From the NCBI GenBank assembly GCA_026705025.1, contig JAPPBN010000045.1, forward strand, positions 162,166 through 226,165: a stretch of 64,000 nt of DNA, given 5' to 3'. This DNA comes from Chloroflexota bacterium (GTDB lineage: Bacteria > Chloroflexota > Dehalococcoidia > Bin125). The position numbers were made by a program, and so were the translations under genes. The first letter of the stretch is position 1. Every line of letters begins with the position of its first letter. The notes beneath the pieces are model-generated. The model searched no databases. It saw nothing but the letters and a program-made list of their open reading frames with translations, and was not told the DNA's origin. This document shows, piece by piece, positions 1-8,508 of the stretch.

Positions 1-162
1 GATTCCGTCCGCGTCGCTCACGTGAGCCGGGATGTCTTGTTGCTGTTCAAGCGTCAGGGCGACCAGCGCGGCGTCGGCCTTGGCCAACTCAGCCGCCTCG
101 GCGACGTGGGGTTGGCGCTCCGGTCTTGAATCGACGTGGTACACCTTGAACTTCGACATCGA
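1..162 (-). CDS. Hypothetical protein, 5' part only (gene runs off the window start); N-terminus MSKFKVYHVDSRPERQ...
   Basis: Minus-strand ATG at 160-162 preceded by GAAGGAG Shine-Dalgarno at the right spacing. Reading frame stays open to position 1. Not in the ORF track because it is truncated. No family recognised. Confidence 0.4.
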
Positions 163-187
163 GATCTCCTTCAGCGCTGAACTGCGG

Positions 188-547
188 TTACAACCAGGTT
201 TGAATGCGGGAGCGGGGGACTGGCGGGATGACCGCCTTCAGCCGCCGACCGTCAGCAGTGAGCGTAAACGACATCTGCTTTCCAGGCTCCAGTTCCGGAT
301 GCAGGATGCGGTTGATCAGGCGAAACGACTCGAATCGAATCAGAGAGAGCCGCACCTGCTGCTGATTGGCGGTCGGGCGAGAGACGAGCACCGCGTCAAC
401 CAGTTCGTCGAAGGAAGCTTGCTCAACGAGCAACAGGTGTTGAACGATGAGTTGCTCGACGACGTCGAGCTCGATCTCAATCGGTTCCGGCCGCAGCCGC
501 TGCTTGAGTGCGGCGCGGAACCTCGTCAGGCGGCCTTTCAGCGTCAC
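188..547 (-). CDS. Hypothetical protein (119 aa), immediately downstream of the CoA-transferase gene
   Basis: Minus-strand ORF with GTG start 2 nt after the upstream gene's stop. High GC3 consistent with coding. No motif recognised. The overlapping plus-strand ORF 32..559 is low-complexity and judged spurious. Confidence 0.45.
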   Translation of the reverse strand: MTLKGRLTRFRAALKQRLRPEPIEIELDVVEQLIVQHLLLVEQASFDELVDAVLVSRPTANQQQVRLSLIRFESFRLINRILHPELEPGKQMSFTLTADGRRLKAVIPPVPRSRIQTWL

Positions 548-548
548 G

Positions 549-1802
549 CTACGCGCTGAGGTAGGCGCCGATGTCGGGGCCGCCCTCGGTCAGTACGACG
601 CCCGACTCGGCCAGTGCGGCGGTCTGCTCGGCGGTGATGCCCAGCCACTCATCGAGCACAGCGCAGGTGTCCTGGCCGAACAAGGGCGCGTAGCCGTAGA
701 CCCGGCCTGGAGTGCGCGAGAGCTTGAGCGGGGAGGCGGCCATCGTGACGTCACCGGCGACCGGATGGTGCACGGTCGTGATCATTTCTCTGGCTGCAAT
801 CTGTTCTTGCTGAACGGCCTGGCCGATCGTATTCAGCGGTCCAATCGGGATGTTGTATTGCTCCAGGGTGGTCACCCAGTGGTTGGTCGTCTGTCCGCGC
901 GTGGCCTCGAACAGCAGCGGCTCCAGCTCCGCATGATTCTCAGTTCGCTTGAACGACGTGTCGAAGCGTGGATCACCGACCAGCTCCGGTAGTCCCAACT
1001 CCGCGCAGAACAACTCCCACTGGTTGTCGACGCCCCACGAGAGCGCGACGACCATCCAGCCGTCGGCGGTGGGGAATGCCTGGAACGGCGTTGCAGATGG
1101 ATGCCTGGTGCCCAGCGGGCCGGGCTCCTTGCCGGTTGAAAAGTAGCGCGCGACCGCGTTCTCGAGGATGGAGATCTGGCAATCCAACATGGAAATGTCG
1201 ACCGATTGGCCCATGCCGCTGAGATCGCGTTCGCGAAGCGCCGCGAGGATGCCGATCGCGGTGTAGAAGCCGCCGCAAATGTCCCCGATGGAAGTGCCTG
1301 GTCGTGCGGGAGGTTCGTCCGGATAGCCGGTGATGCTCATGACGCCGCCCATTCCCTGCACGATGATGTCCAGCGCGGGCTTGTTGCGAAGCGGTCCGGT
1401 TTGACCGAACCCGGAGGTGGAGGCAAACACCAGGCGAGGATTGCGTTCGAGCAACGCGTCGGGACCGATGCCGAGCTTGTCCATCACGCCGGGGGTGAAG
1501 TTTTCCATCACGACGTCGGCCTCGTCGACCAGGCGCAGGAAGAGGTTGCGGCCCTCGTCGGAGCGCAAATCAATCGAGATGCTGCGTTTCCCGCGATTAA
1601 CCGACTGGAAGTACATCGACTCGTTGTTGACGAACGGCCCGGTCGTCCGGGCGACGTCGCCATGGGGCGGTCGTTCGACCTTGACGACCTCGGCCCCAAG
1701 GTCGCAGAGGATCATCGCCGCGTACGGTCCGGCCAGCACCCACGTCAGATCGAGAACGCGGATCCCGGCCAGGGGGCCTGGAGGATTCACATTGTTGGTC
1801 AT
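549..1802 (-). CDS. Family III CoA-transferase (CaiB/BaiF family)
   Basis: Translation from MTNNVNPPGPLAGIRVLDLTWVLAGPYAAMILCDLGAEVVKVE... is the typical CaiB/BaiF N-terminal glycine-rich fold. ATG at 1802 preceded by AGGAGC. The longer track ORF start at 1946 is rejected. Confidence 0.85.
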   Translation of the reverse strand: MTNNVNPPGPLAGIRVLDLTWVLAGPYAAMILCDLGAEVVKVERPPHGDVARTTGPFVNNESMYFQSVNRGKRSISIDLRSDEGRNLFLRLVDEADVVMENFTPGVMDKLGIGPDALLERNPRLVFASTSGFGQTGPLRNKPALDIIVQGMGGVMSITGYPDEPPARPGTSIGDICGGFYTAIGILAALRERDLSGMGQSVDISMLDCQISILENAVARYFSTGKEPGPLGTRHPSATPFQAFPTADGWMVVALSWGVDNQWELFCAELGLPELVGDPRFDTSFKRTENHAELEPLLFEATRGQTTNHWVTTLEQYNIPIGPLNTIGQAVQQEQIAAREMITTVHHPVAGDVTMAASPLKLSRTPGRVYGYAPLFGQDTCAVLDEWLGITAEQTAALAESGVVLTEGGPDIGAYLSA

Positions 1803-1810
1803 TTGAGCTC

Positions 1811-2812
1811 CTAGACGTCTCCGATGCTGGGGTCGGAGAGTTCGATGTCGGTGACGACCCATTCGAGCGGTTCGGCATTGTTCAGGTGGGCGAGATTGAC
1901 GAAAAAGATGTCGGCCGTACGCATGTAAGAGGCGTCGACGTGACACGAGTCGTGGGGAGTGATCTGGCAGTTTGGCAGGTCCCAGAGCGGCGAGTCGGGC
2001 TGCAGCGGCTCGATTGGCGCGACGTCGAGGACTGCCCCGGCGATGGTATTGGATTCGAGCGCGACGGCCAGGGCTTCGTGGTCAAGCACACGGCCGCGAG
2101 CGACGTTGATCAACAGCGAGTGCGACTGCATGGCGGCGATCGCATCTCCATCGATGAGATTGAGCGTTTCGTCGGTCAGTGGGCAGCAGAGGACGACATA
2201 ATCACTGGCTGCGAGCAGCTCATGCAGACGGTCGGGCGAGAAGTGCATATCGAGCGCGTCGCTGTCGGGCATCCGCCGCTTGGTCGCGAGAGTTCTCATG
2301 CCGAAGGCCTTGGCAAGTCTGGCGCACGCCTCTCCGATGCCTCCATACCCAACGATGCCCAGGGTTGCTCCTGCGAGTTCCAGCGATTCAAGCGGCGTCC
2401 AGGCTCGGTCGGCCTGGTTGGCGGCGTGCTGGGGCAATCTCTTGGCGTGACTGAGGATGTAGGCGAAGACGTACTCGGCGATGGTCGAACCGTGGACGCC
2501 CGGGGAGTTGGTGACCGTGGCGCCGGAGTCGAGCAAGTGCGCGAACAGGGAGTGATCGACGCCCGTGCTCGCCGTCTGCATCCACTTTGGCGGCGACGAG
2601 CTCAGCAACTCGACAAACGCGCCAAACGCATCGGGGAGGTAGTACAGGTCCTCGGAGAAGAAGAATGCGTCGAGGCCGGCCGGATCGGCGGACCAAACGC
2701 CCTCTGCGTCCAGCAAGATGATGTTCGCGTCGGGGACGATTTCTGCGAGGCGTGCGCCGGCGCGGTTGTGGAACTCGGTGGTCACCCCGATACGTAGCGA
2801 CGTGCTGGGCAT
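1811..2812 (-). CDS. D-isomer-specific 2-hydroxyacid dehydrogenase (NAD-binding)
   Basis: GxGxxG NAD motif in LGIVGYGGIGEACARLAKAFGM and catalytic region typical of the D-2-hydroxyacid DH family. ATG at 2812 preceded by GGAGG. The N-terminal extension in the track ORF is rejected. Confidence 0.85.
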   Translation of the reverse strand: MPSTSLRIGVTTEFHNRAGARLAEIVPDANIILLDAEGVWSADPAGLDAFFFSEDLYYLPDAFGAFVELLSSSPPKWMQTASTGVDHSLFAHLLDSGATVTNSPGVHGSTIAEYVFAYILSHAKRLPQHAANQADRAWTPLESLELAGATLGIVGYGGIGEACARLAKAFGMRTLATKRRMPDSDALDMHFSPDRLHELLAASDYVVLCCPLTDETLNLIDGDAIAAMQSHSLLINVARGRVLDHEALAVALESNTIAGAVLDVAPIEPLQPDSPLWDLPNCQITPHDSCHVDASYMRTADIFFVNLAHLNNAEPLEWVVTDIELSDPSIGDV

Positions 2813-2876
2813 TGCGCCTCCGCGGTTGTACAGCCGACTCCGGCGGTCAAGTGCTAGCGGTAGGGTAGTGGCGTTC

Positions 2877-4205
2877 ATGAGCCAGACGCCCAGCCCGCAG
2901 AGACACCTGGCGATGAGGCGCCGCGAGCGCCTTCCGCGAGTGCTGTATTCGAGGCCAATGCGGAGGGTGTTCGCCGGGTGGTGGATCGCCGCCGCAGCGT
3001 CAATGGCGTCATTTGCGGCGGTCACGTTCTTCAATCCTGTGCTGGGCGCGATTACGCCCGAGCTGCAGGCCGAGTACGGCTGGAGCACCGCCTCAATCGC
3101 CTTGACGATGGTGATCGGCGGGATCGGCGGCGGGGTGATCGCGACCTTTGTCGGACCGATTGCTGATCGTCACGGCGCGCGCTGGTTGTTGTTTGGATCG
3201 GTCGGGCTGGTCGCCGGACTGCTCGTGGCGCTGGGCTTCATCTCTGAGCTGTGGCAGTTCCTGCTGTTCTGGGGCGTGGGACGCGGAATCACGGTGGCGG
3301 TGATCGACATCGCGGTGGTCGTGGTGATCGCCAACTGGTTCATTCAACGGCGTGGATCGGCGATGGGGATGACGATGATCGGGACGCGCGGCGGGATGAT
3401 GATCTTTCCGCTCGTGATCTCGGCGGGGTTATGGTTGGGCGGTCTGCGCGAAGCCTTCCTGCTGATGGCGATGCTGGTGTTGCTGGTCGGTTGGCTGCCG
3501 TCGCTGATCCTGCGTCGCCGGCCCGAAGATGTGGGGCTCCGACCGGATGGGCGACGGTCGGGCACCAGGGTCTCGGCGGCGGAGTCAGGGTCGCTGTTGT
3601 CGTCAGATCCGGACTGGACCGTGCGTGAGGCCATGCGCACGCGCGCATTCTGGCTGCTGCTGTTCGGGACGACGATCCTGATGGCGGTCAGCGGGTCCGT
3701 GAACTTCACTTTCGTCTCGCACATGACGCAGAACGGGATCGACGCCGATACGGCGCGGAGCGCACTGGCGTTGTGGGCTGGGATGGGAATCATTGGCGGC
3801 GTGCTTGGTGGCGAGCTTCGGCAACGGCTGGCCGTTCGCTACTCGCTGCCGCTCGTCATCCTGGTGACGACCAGTGCACTGGTCTGGTTTGTGCTCACCG
3901 ACAGCGTCTGGATGGCGTTCGTATTCGCGGTCTGGCACGGCCTCGCCTTCGGCGCGCAGCTGCCGCTCAACCGGATTTCGTTTCCGGACTATTTTGGCCG
4001 CTACTCGGTTGGACGGATCCGTTCGGTCACCGCGCCGCCGCAGTTGTTGATCAATGCGTTCGGGCCGTTCGTGTCGGGCCTGGTGATCGACAGCCGAGGT
4101 TCGTACGACTTGATCTACGTCGTCTTCATCGGCCTGCTCTTGAGCGCCGCGGTCAGCGTGCTGCTGGCGCGTCCACCTGAGGCGCCGGTTCGCACGGGGG
4201 CCTGA
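2877..4205 (+). CDS. MFS transporter
   Basis: About 12 predicted hydrophobic helices with MFS-like loops. The start is ambiguous: ATG candidates at 2877, 2912 and 2958. The track ORF start at 2718 overlaps the upstream gene and is rejected. Confidence 0.8.
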   Translation: MSQTPSPQRHLAMRRRERLPRVLYSRPMRRVFAGWWIAAAASMASFAAVTFFNPVLGAITPELQAEYGWSTASIALTMVIGGIGGGVIATFVGPIADRHGARWLLFGSVGLVAGLLVALGFISELWQFLLFWGVGRGITVAVIDIAVVVVIANWFIQRRGSAMGMTMIGTRGGMMIFPLVISAGLWLGGLREAFLLMAMLVLLVGWLPSLILRRRPEDVGLRPDGRRSGTRVSAAESGSLLSSDPDWTVREAMRTRAFWLLLFGTTILMAVSGSVNFTFVSHMTQNGIDADTARSALALWAGMGIIGGVLGGELRQRLAVRYSLPLVILVTTSALVWFVLTDSVWMAFVFAVWHGLAFGAQLPLNRISFPDYFGRYSVGRIRSVTAPPQLLINAFGPFVSGLVIDSRGSYDLIYVVFIGLLLSAAVSVLLARPPEAPVRTGA

Positions 4206-4221
4206 CGTGGGCGTCCGGAGA

Positions 4222-4255
4222 CCGAAGGGGCGGCCTTCGAAGGCCGCCCCTTTGG
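4222..4255. terminator. Bidirectional intrinsic terminator between convergent genes
   Basis: Near-perfect 34-nt GC-rich palindrome ccgaaggggcggccTTCGAAggccgcccctttgg, flanked by a T-run on the plus strand. It lies between the MFS gene stop at 4205 and the thiolase gene stop at 4276. Confidence 0.55.
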
Positions 4256-4275
4256 GTCTTCCACAGATGGTGACC

Positions 4276-5478
4276 TTATGCGTTTGAGAGGATAATCGTT
4301 CCGGCTGAGGCGAACATGCCGCCGGGGCCGTGGGCCATGCTGACGTTGACGTCGGGCACCTGGCGCTCGCCGCACTCGCCGCGCAGCTGACGGACCGACT
4401 CGACGATGGCGAACATGCCGTACATGCCGGTGTGGCAGTAGGAGAGTCCGCCGCCGTTGGTGTTCATCGGGAAGTCGCCGCCGGGGCCGGACTTGTAGAT
4501 GACCTCGCCGTTGGATCCGGTCCTGGTTTCGGCGAAGAAGGGACCGCCTTCACCCTTGGGCACGAAGCCGAGATCCTCGGCCGCCATCAACGGGGTGAAG
4601 GTGAAGGCGTCGTAGAACATGCAGTGGTCGATGTCCTGCGGACCCAGACCGGCGCTCTTGTAGGCGGCCTCGCCGGCAATCCGGTAGCCGTCGGCGGTTG
4701 TGTGGTCGCGCATTTGCGAGACCATCCAATGGGCCGCCGCCTCGCCCGCGCCCAGCACGTAAACGGGGTCCTTCGCGTAGTCCTTTGCCCGTTCCTCGGA
4801 GACGAGCACGAGCGCGCCGCCGCCGTCGGCGACGACGCAGCAGTCGAGCAGGTTAAACGGGTAGCAGATCATCCGCGAGTTGAGCACGTCCTGCGGCGTG
4901 ATCGGTCCGCCGCCGCGCTCAGGTGCCCGGCGGTGGCTGCCCATCATCGCCATCGGGTTGAGGTTGGCCCAGGCGCGGGTCGCCGCGGCGATGTGGGCGA
5001 GGTGTTCTTTGGTCGTGCCGTACTCGTGGAAGTGGCGCAGGACGGGAATCGAGAAGGTGGTGGGCGCGCCGCCAATGGCGAAGGGCGCCTCGTACTGTCC
5101 GCCCGGCGACGATGCCGAGCCGCCGCGCGGTGCGTCGACTCCGGAGCGTCCGCTCTCACCGTGCGTCACCAGAGCGACATCGCAGTAGCCGGCCATGATC
5201 GCGGCGACGGCGTGGCGGACGTGAATCATGAAGGAGCAGCCGCCGACGGAGGTGCCGTCGATGTAGCGCGGCTGGATGCCGAGATACTCGGCGACCTCGT
5301 TGGGGATAGCGCCGGCGCAGAGCAGACCGTCAACGTCGGCCAGCGAGATACCGGCGTCGTCGAGCGCGTTCTTGGCAGCCTGCGCATGTAGCGCGAGGCG
5401 GGACATATGGGGTAGCTGACCCAGATCATCGGTCTCGGCAGCGCCGACAATGGCGACCTTGTGTCGAATCTGATCCAT
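4276..5478 (-). CDS. Thiolase-like protein, SCP-x / lipid-transfer-protein type (non-specific lipid-transfer protein thiolase domain)
   Basis: 400 aa; thiolase fold with a Cys-containing N-terminal region and C-terminal GGGLSYCHTGMYGMFAIVE thiolase signature. Co-oriented with an adjacent DUF35 gene, the classic pairing. Confidence 0.85.
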   Translation of the reverse strand: MDQIRHKVAIVGAAETDDLGQLPHMSRLALHAQAAKNALDDAGISLADVDGLLCAGAIPNEVAEYLGIQPRYIDGTSVGGCSFMIHVRHAVAAIMAGYCDVALVTHGESGRSGVDAPRGGSASSPGGQYEAPFAIGGAPTTFSIPVLRHFHEYGTTKEHLAHIAAATRAWANLNPMAMMGSHRRAPERGGGPITPQDVLNSRMICYPFNLLDCCVVADGGGALVLVSEERAKDYAKDPVYVLGAGEAAAHWMVSQMRDHTTADGYRIAGEAAYKSAGLGPQDIDHCMFYDAFTFTPLMAAEDLGFVPKGEGGPFFAETRTGSNGEVIYKSGPGGDFPMNTNGGGLSYCHTGMYGMFAIVESVRQLRGECGERQVPDVNVSMAHGPGGMFASAGTIILSNA

Positions 5479-5517
5479 GAGTGATCTCCGTTTCGATTGA
5501 GCCTTGGTTGTCGGCGT

Positions 5518-5934
5518 CTAGACAGGCTTGAATTTGGGCAGCGTGACCTCGTCGGTCACATCGTCGAAGACAATCTCGACATCCATGTCGACGGTGGTCG
5601 AGTAGGGGTCGTCAATGATCAGGTTGGACATCATCCGCGGGCCCTCTTCGAGTTCGATCACGGCGATCACGTACGGAGGCGCGTTGTCCTCGCTGTTGTA
5701 GGGGGGGATCGGTTGGTGCGAGATGACGAAGGTATGCACCTTGCCCTTGCCCGAGGCCTGCATCCACTTGATGTCCCAGTTGAAGCACTTGGGCATGGGA
5801 CAGAACGGTCGCGGGTAGAAGTGCGGGCCGCAGTCGTCGCAGGTGGGCAGCATCAGCTTGTGTTCTTTGAGGCCGTCCCAGTAGGGCTGTGACTCAGGCG
5901 TTGCCACGGGCAGTCTGCCGGCGTAGTCAGCCAT
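5518..5934 (-). CDS. DUF35 family OB-fold/zinc-ribbon protein (thiolase partner)
   Basis: 138 aa. Cys4 rubredoxin-like ribbon CDDCG...CPMPKC followed by an OB-fold segment, as in ChsH2-DUF35/BbsA-type scaffolds. Sits immediately upstream of the SCP-x thiolase on the same strand. Confidence 0.85.
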   Translation of the reverse strand: MADYAGRLPVATPESQPYWDGLKEHKLMLPTCDDCGPHFYPRPFCPMPKCFNWDIKWMQASGKGKVHTFVISHQPIPPYNSEDNAPPYVIAVIELEEGPRMMSNLIIDDPYSTTVDMDVEIVFDDVTDEVTLPKFKPV

Positions 5935-5976
5935 TCTGTGCTCCTTCTCGTCTGTTCGAGGTTGTCCAACGCGATG

Positions 5977-6576
5977 CTACACGACACCCGGAGAGTCAGC
6001 CCGCGACGACTCGCGCTCAATCCAGCGTTGCAGTTGAGCCGCCTTGCGCTCGCTCCAGCCAGGCTGAAACTCTCGGCGTTGACGTGCGATCTCGGCCAGA
6101 ATCACCGCCGCTGCCACTGAGACGTTCAGCGACTGTACGAAGCCGGCCATCGGGACGATGACCGCGCCGTCCGCCAGCGCGACCATCTCCGCTGAGCAGC
6201 CTGCGTGCTCGTTTCCCAGGACGATGGCGCAGGGCCCGCCGAAGTCGACGCCGAGATAGTCGTGTGCGTCGTCCGTGAGTTCGGTGGCATAGACCTTGAT
6301 TCCCTCGTCGTGCAGAGCAGAGACGCAGTCCTCGGCCGAGGCAAAGCGGTCGATCTGCAGCCATTTCGGGACCTTGGCCGCGACTCCGCCCGAAATCTCG
6401 GGGAAGACCTGGTTGGTGTAGACCAGCGCGACCCGGCCGACGCCGAAGGCGTCGCAACTGCGCAGAATGGCGGAGGCGTTGTGGGCGTCATGGATGTTCT
6501 CGAGCACCACAACCAGGTCATCGTGGCGGCGCTCCAGCACTTCGCGCATACGAGCAAGGCGGCGTTCGGTGATCAC
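5977..6576 (-). CDS. tRNA/rRNA 2'-O-methyltransferase, SpoU/TrmH family
   Basis: Three SpoU motifs: LENIHDAHNASAILRSCDAFGV, LGNEHAGCS, VPMAGFVQSLNVSVAAAVILAE. The track start is GTG; an in-frame ATG at 6549 is also possible. Confidence 0.8.
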   Translation of the reverse strand: MITERRLARMREVLERRHDDLVVVLENIHDAHNASAILRSCDAFGVGRVALVYTNQVFPEISGGVAAKVPKWLQIDRFASAEDCVSALHDEGIKVYATELTDDAHDYLGVDFGGPCAIVLGNEHAGCSAEMVALADGAVIVPMAGFVQSLNVSVAAAVILAEIARQRREFQPGWSERKAAQLQRWIERESSRADSPGVV

Positions 6577-6697
6577 TTGGCGGGTCTAAGGACTCGGTAT
6601 GCCCCCCTCTGCCTTCGGCATCTCCCCCCGCGGAGCGGGGGGGAGAGGGGAGTGAGCGGATGCAGAGTTCCCCGCAGAGCGGGTGGAGATGGAGGCT
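6577..6697. repeat. GC-rich palindromic hairpin cluster (REP-like) in an intergenic region
   Basis: Tandem inverted repeats such as ctccccccgcGGAGcgggggggag and cccgcAGAgcggg, sharing CCCTCTsC / GGAGAGGG cores with the repeat cluster at 37580-37919. Confidence 0.4.
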
Positions 6698-8476
6698 TTA
6701 GACGGCGCACTCGCCTTCGCCGCGCTGGAGAATGTAGATGTCCTGGCGATCCCAGTCGATAAACATCGGCAGGGTGTCGGCGGAGAACTCCGGCGGCAGG
6801 GTGAGGTCGGTGAGCGTGTCCTGGATCGGACTGAGGCCGACCCGGTCCACCCAACTGCTGAACAGCTCTTGACCGTCCTGACGGTCGGAGTGATACAGGT
6901 CGATCACCCGTTCGACGGCGTCGGGAACGCGCTTGGCCGGGATGCGGACCTTCGGTACCAGCGTGCCCAGCCGCATCTCCTCGGTGCGGTAGGTGCCGGC
7001 GACGAACATGTGATAGGCGGGAATCTGACGGTTGCCGACCTTGATCGCGGCGCCGTGGAAGCCGATATCGGCGATGTGGTGCTGGCCGCAACTGTTGGGG
7101 CAGCCGCTCATGTGGATGCGCATCTTGCGGGTCAGCGGATCTTCGATCGCCATCGAGCGGACGCGCTCCTGCACGGCGCGGTTGAGGCCCATGGACGAGG
7201 TAATGCCGAGCTTGCAGCTGTCGGTGCCGGGGCAGGAGACGACATCCTCGATCTCCTGGGCGTCGGGAGCGCCCATGCCGAGGGCGTCGAGTTCCTTCCA
7301 GACCGCGTAGACAGCCTGGTTGGGAATCCAGCGCAGGACCACGTTCTGCTGCGGGGTGGTTCGTGCTCGCTCGCGGCCATACTTGCGCAGGATCTCGGCC
7401 AGGCCGCGGAACTGTTCCGGCGTCAGGTCGCCCTGATCGATCGAAGCCTCGACCGCGGAGTAGCCGTCCTGAACCTGTGGGCGGACGTTGGTGGCGAGGA
7501 ACTGCTCGAATCGCGCCGCATCGCCGTTGGGCGAGGGCAGCTCGACCGCAATCTCGCGCTCGTCGGAATCCTCGTCGTCGAGGTACAGCAACTCCTCGAG
7601 CGGCGGCGTCTCGGCTGACCAGCCCTTCTTCAGTTCTTCGTCGACCATCTCGCGGAAGGCCTCTTCGCCGACGCGGTGGACGAGGAACTTGAGGCGGGCC
7701 TTGAGGATGTTCTTGCGCAGCTCGTCGGCCGCGTTGAAGATGCGGATCACGGCCTCCGAGAGGGTGAGGAAGTCGGACATCGGCACGAAGTCGGTCAGCG
7801 TGACGGCTTCCTTGGGCATCGTTGAAAGGCCGCCGCCGACCATGACGCGGAAGCCGCGGACCTCTTGGCCGTCGATCACACGGACCTGTGAGAAGAAGGC
7901 GAGATCGTGGATGGCGGCGATGGCGGAGTCGGCCTCGCGGCCGGTGAAGTAGACCTTGAACTTGCGCGGCAGGAGCTGGGTGATCGAGTTGCGCACCCAG
8001 TAGCGGACGAACGCGCCGGCGTAGGGCGTAGGGTCGAAGACCTCGTCCTCGGAGATGCCGGCCCAGGGGTCGGCGGTGACGTTGCGTACGGTGTTGCCGC
8101 AGGCCTCGCGCGAAGACAGGCCGACCTTGCCCAGGACCCGGAGCATGTCCGGCATCTGGTCGAGCGGTACGAAGTGGACCTGGATGTTCTGGCGGGTGGT
8201 GATGTGTCCCTTGCGCAGCGGCGCGAAGGTCTCGCAGACCTCCGCGAGTCCGTCGAGCTGATCGGACGTGACACCGCCCATAGGCAGCTTGATCCGGTTC
8301 ATGTGCACGTCTGGCTGGCGCTGTCCGTAGACGCCCTGTCGCAGGCGGTAGAGCATAAACTCGACCTCTTCGCGCTGTTGCTCGCGGAAGGCGGTGGCTT
8401 CAGTCTCGAAGTCGTCGAGTTCGTCGTCCCAGATCGGGATCACGACTCCGGGAGTGTCGATTCTGGACTCGGTCAT
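6698..8476 (-). CDS. Ferredoxin-dependent sulfite/nitrite reductase hemoprotein (siroheme + 4Fe-4S)
   Basis: Cys cluster motifs ...VVSCPGTDSCKLG... and ...MSGCPNSCGQHHIADIGFHG... characteristic of the NirA/SirA family. About 590 aa. ATG at 8476 preceded by GGAGAA; the track TTG start at 8491 is rejected. Confidence 0.85.
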   Translation of the reverse strand: MTESRIDTPGVVIPIWDDELDDFETEATAFREQQREEVEFMLYRLRQGVYGQRQPDVHMNRIKLPMGGVTSDQLDGLAEVCETFAPLRKGHITTRQNIQVHFVPLDQMPDMLRVLGKVGLSSREACGNTVRNVTADPWAGISEDEVFDPTPYAGAFVRYWVRNSITQLLPRKFKVYFTGREADSAIAAIHDLAFFSQVRVIDGQEVRGFRVMVGGGLSTMPKEAVTLTDFVPMSDFLTLSEAVIRIFNAADELRKNILKARLKFLVHRVGEEAFREMVDEELKKGWSAETPPLEELLYLDDEDSDEREIAVELPSPNGDAARFEQFLATNVRPQVQDGYSAVEASIDQGDLTPEQFRGLAEILRKYGRERARTTPQQNVVLRWIPNQAVYAVWKELDALGMGAPDAQEIEDVVSCPGTDSCKLGITSSMGLNRAVQERVRSMAIEDPLTRKMRIHMSGCPNSCGQHHIADIGFHGAAIKVGNRQIPAYHMFVAGTYRTEEMRLGTLVPKVRIPAKRVPDAVERVIDLYHSDRQDGQELFSSWVDRVGLSPIQDTLTDLTLPPEFSADTLPMFIDWDRQDIYILQRGEGECAV

Positions 8477-8508
8477 ACCGTAGTTCTCCAACTATGTTTA
8501 TCTGGATT

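Noticed and set aside
32-559. 175-aa plus-strand ORF at the window start
   Set aside because: Low-complexity translation (MSCCCSSVRATSAASALANSAASA…). The opposite strand has two ORFs with proper SD/start context (1..162 and 188..547).
6683-7618. 311-aa plus-strand ORF inside the sulfite reductase gene (and similar shadow ORFs at 25204..26346, 40217..40879, 42754..44406, 44560..45705, 50491..51621, 53418..54203, 54480..55763, 55830..57194, 62234..63436, 63357..63968)
   Set aside because: All are antisense or out-of-frame shadows of genes with strong family signatures. Their translations are Gly/Arg/Ala-rich with no motifs, as expected in high-GC DNA.
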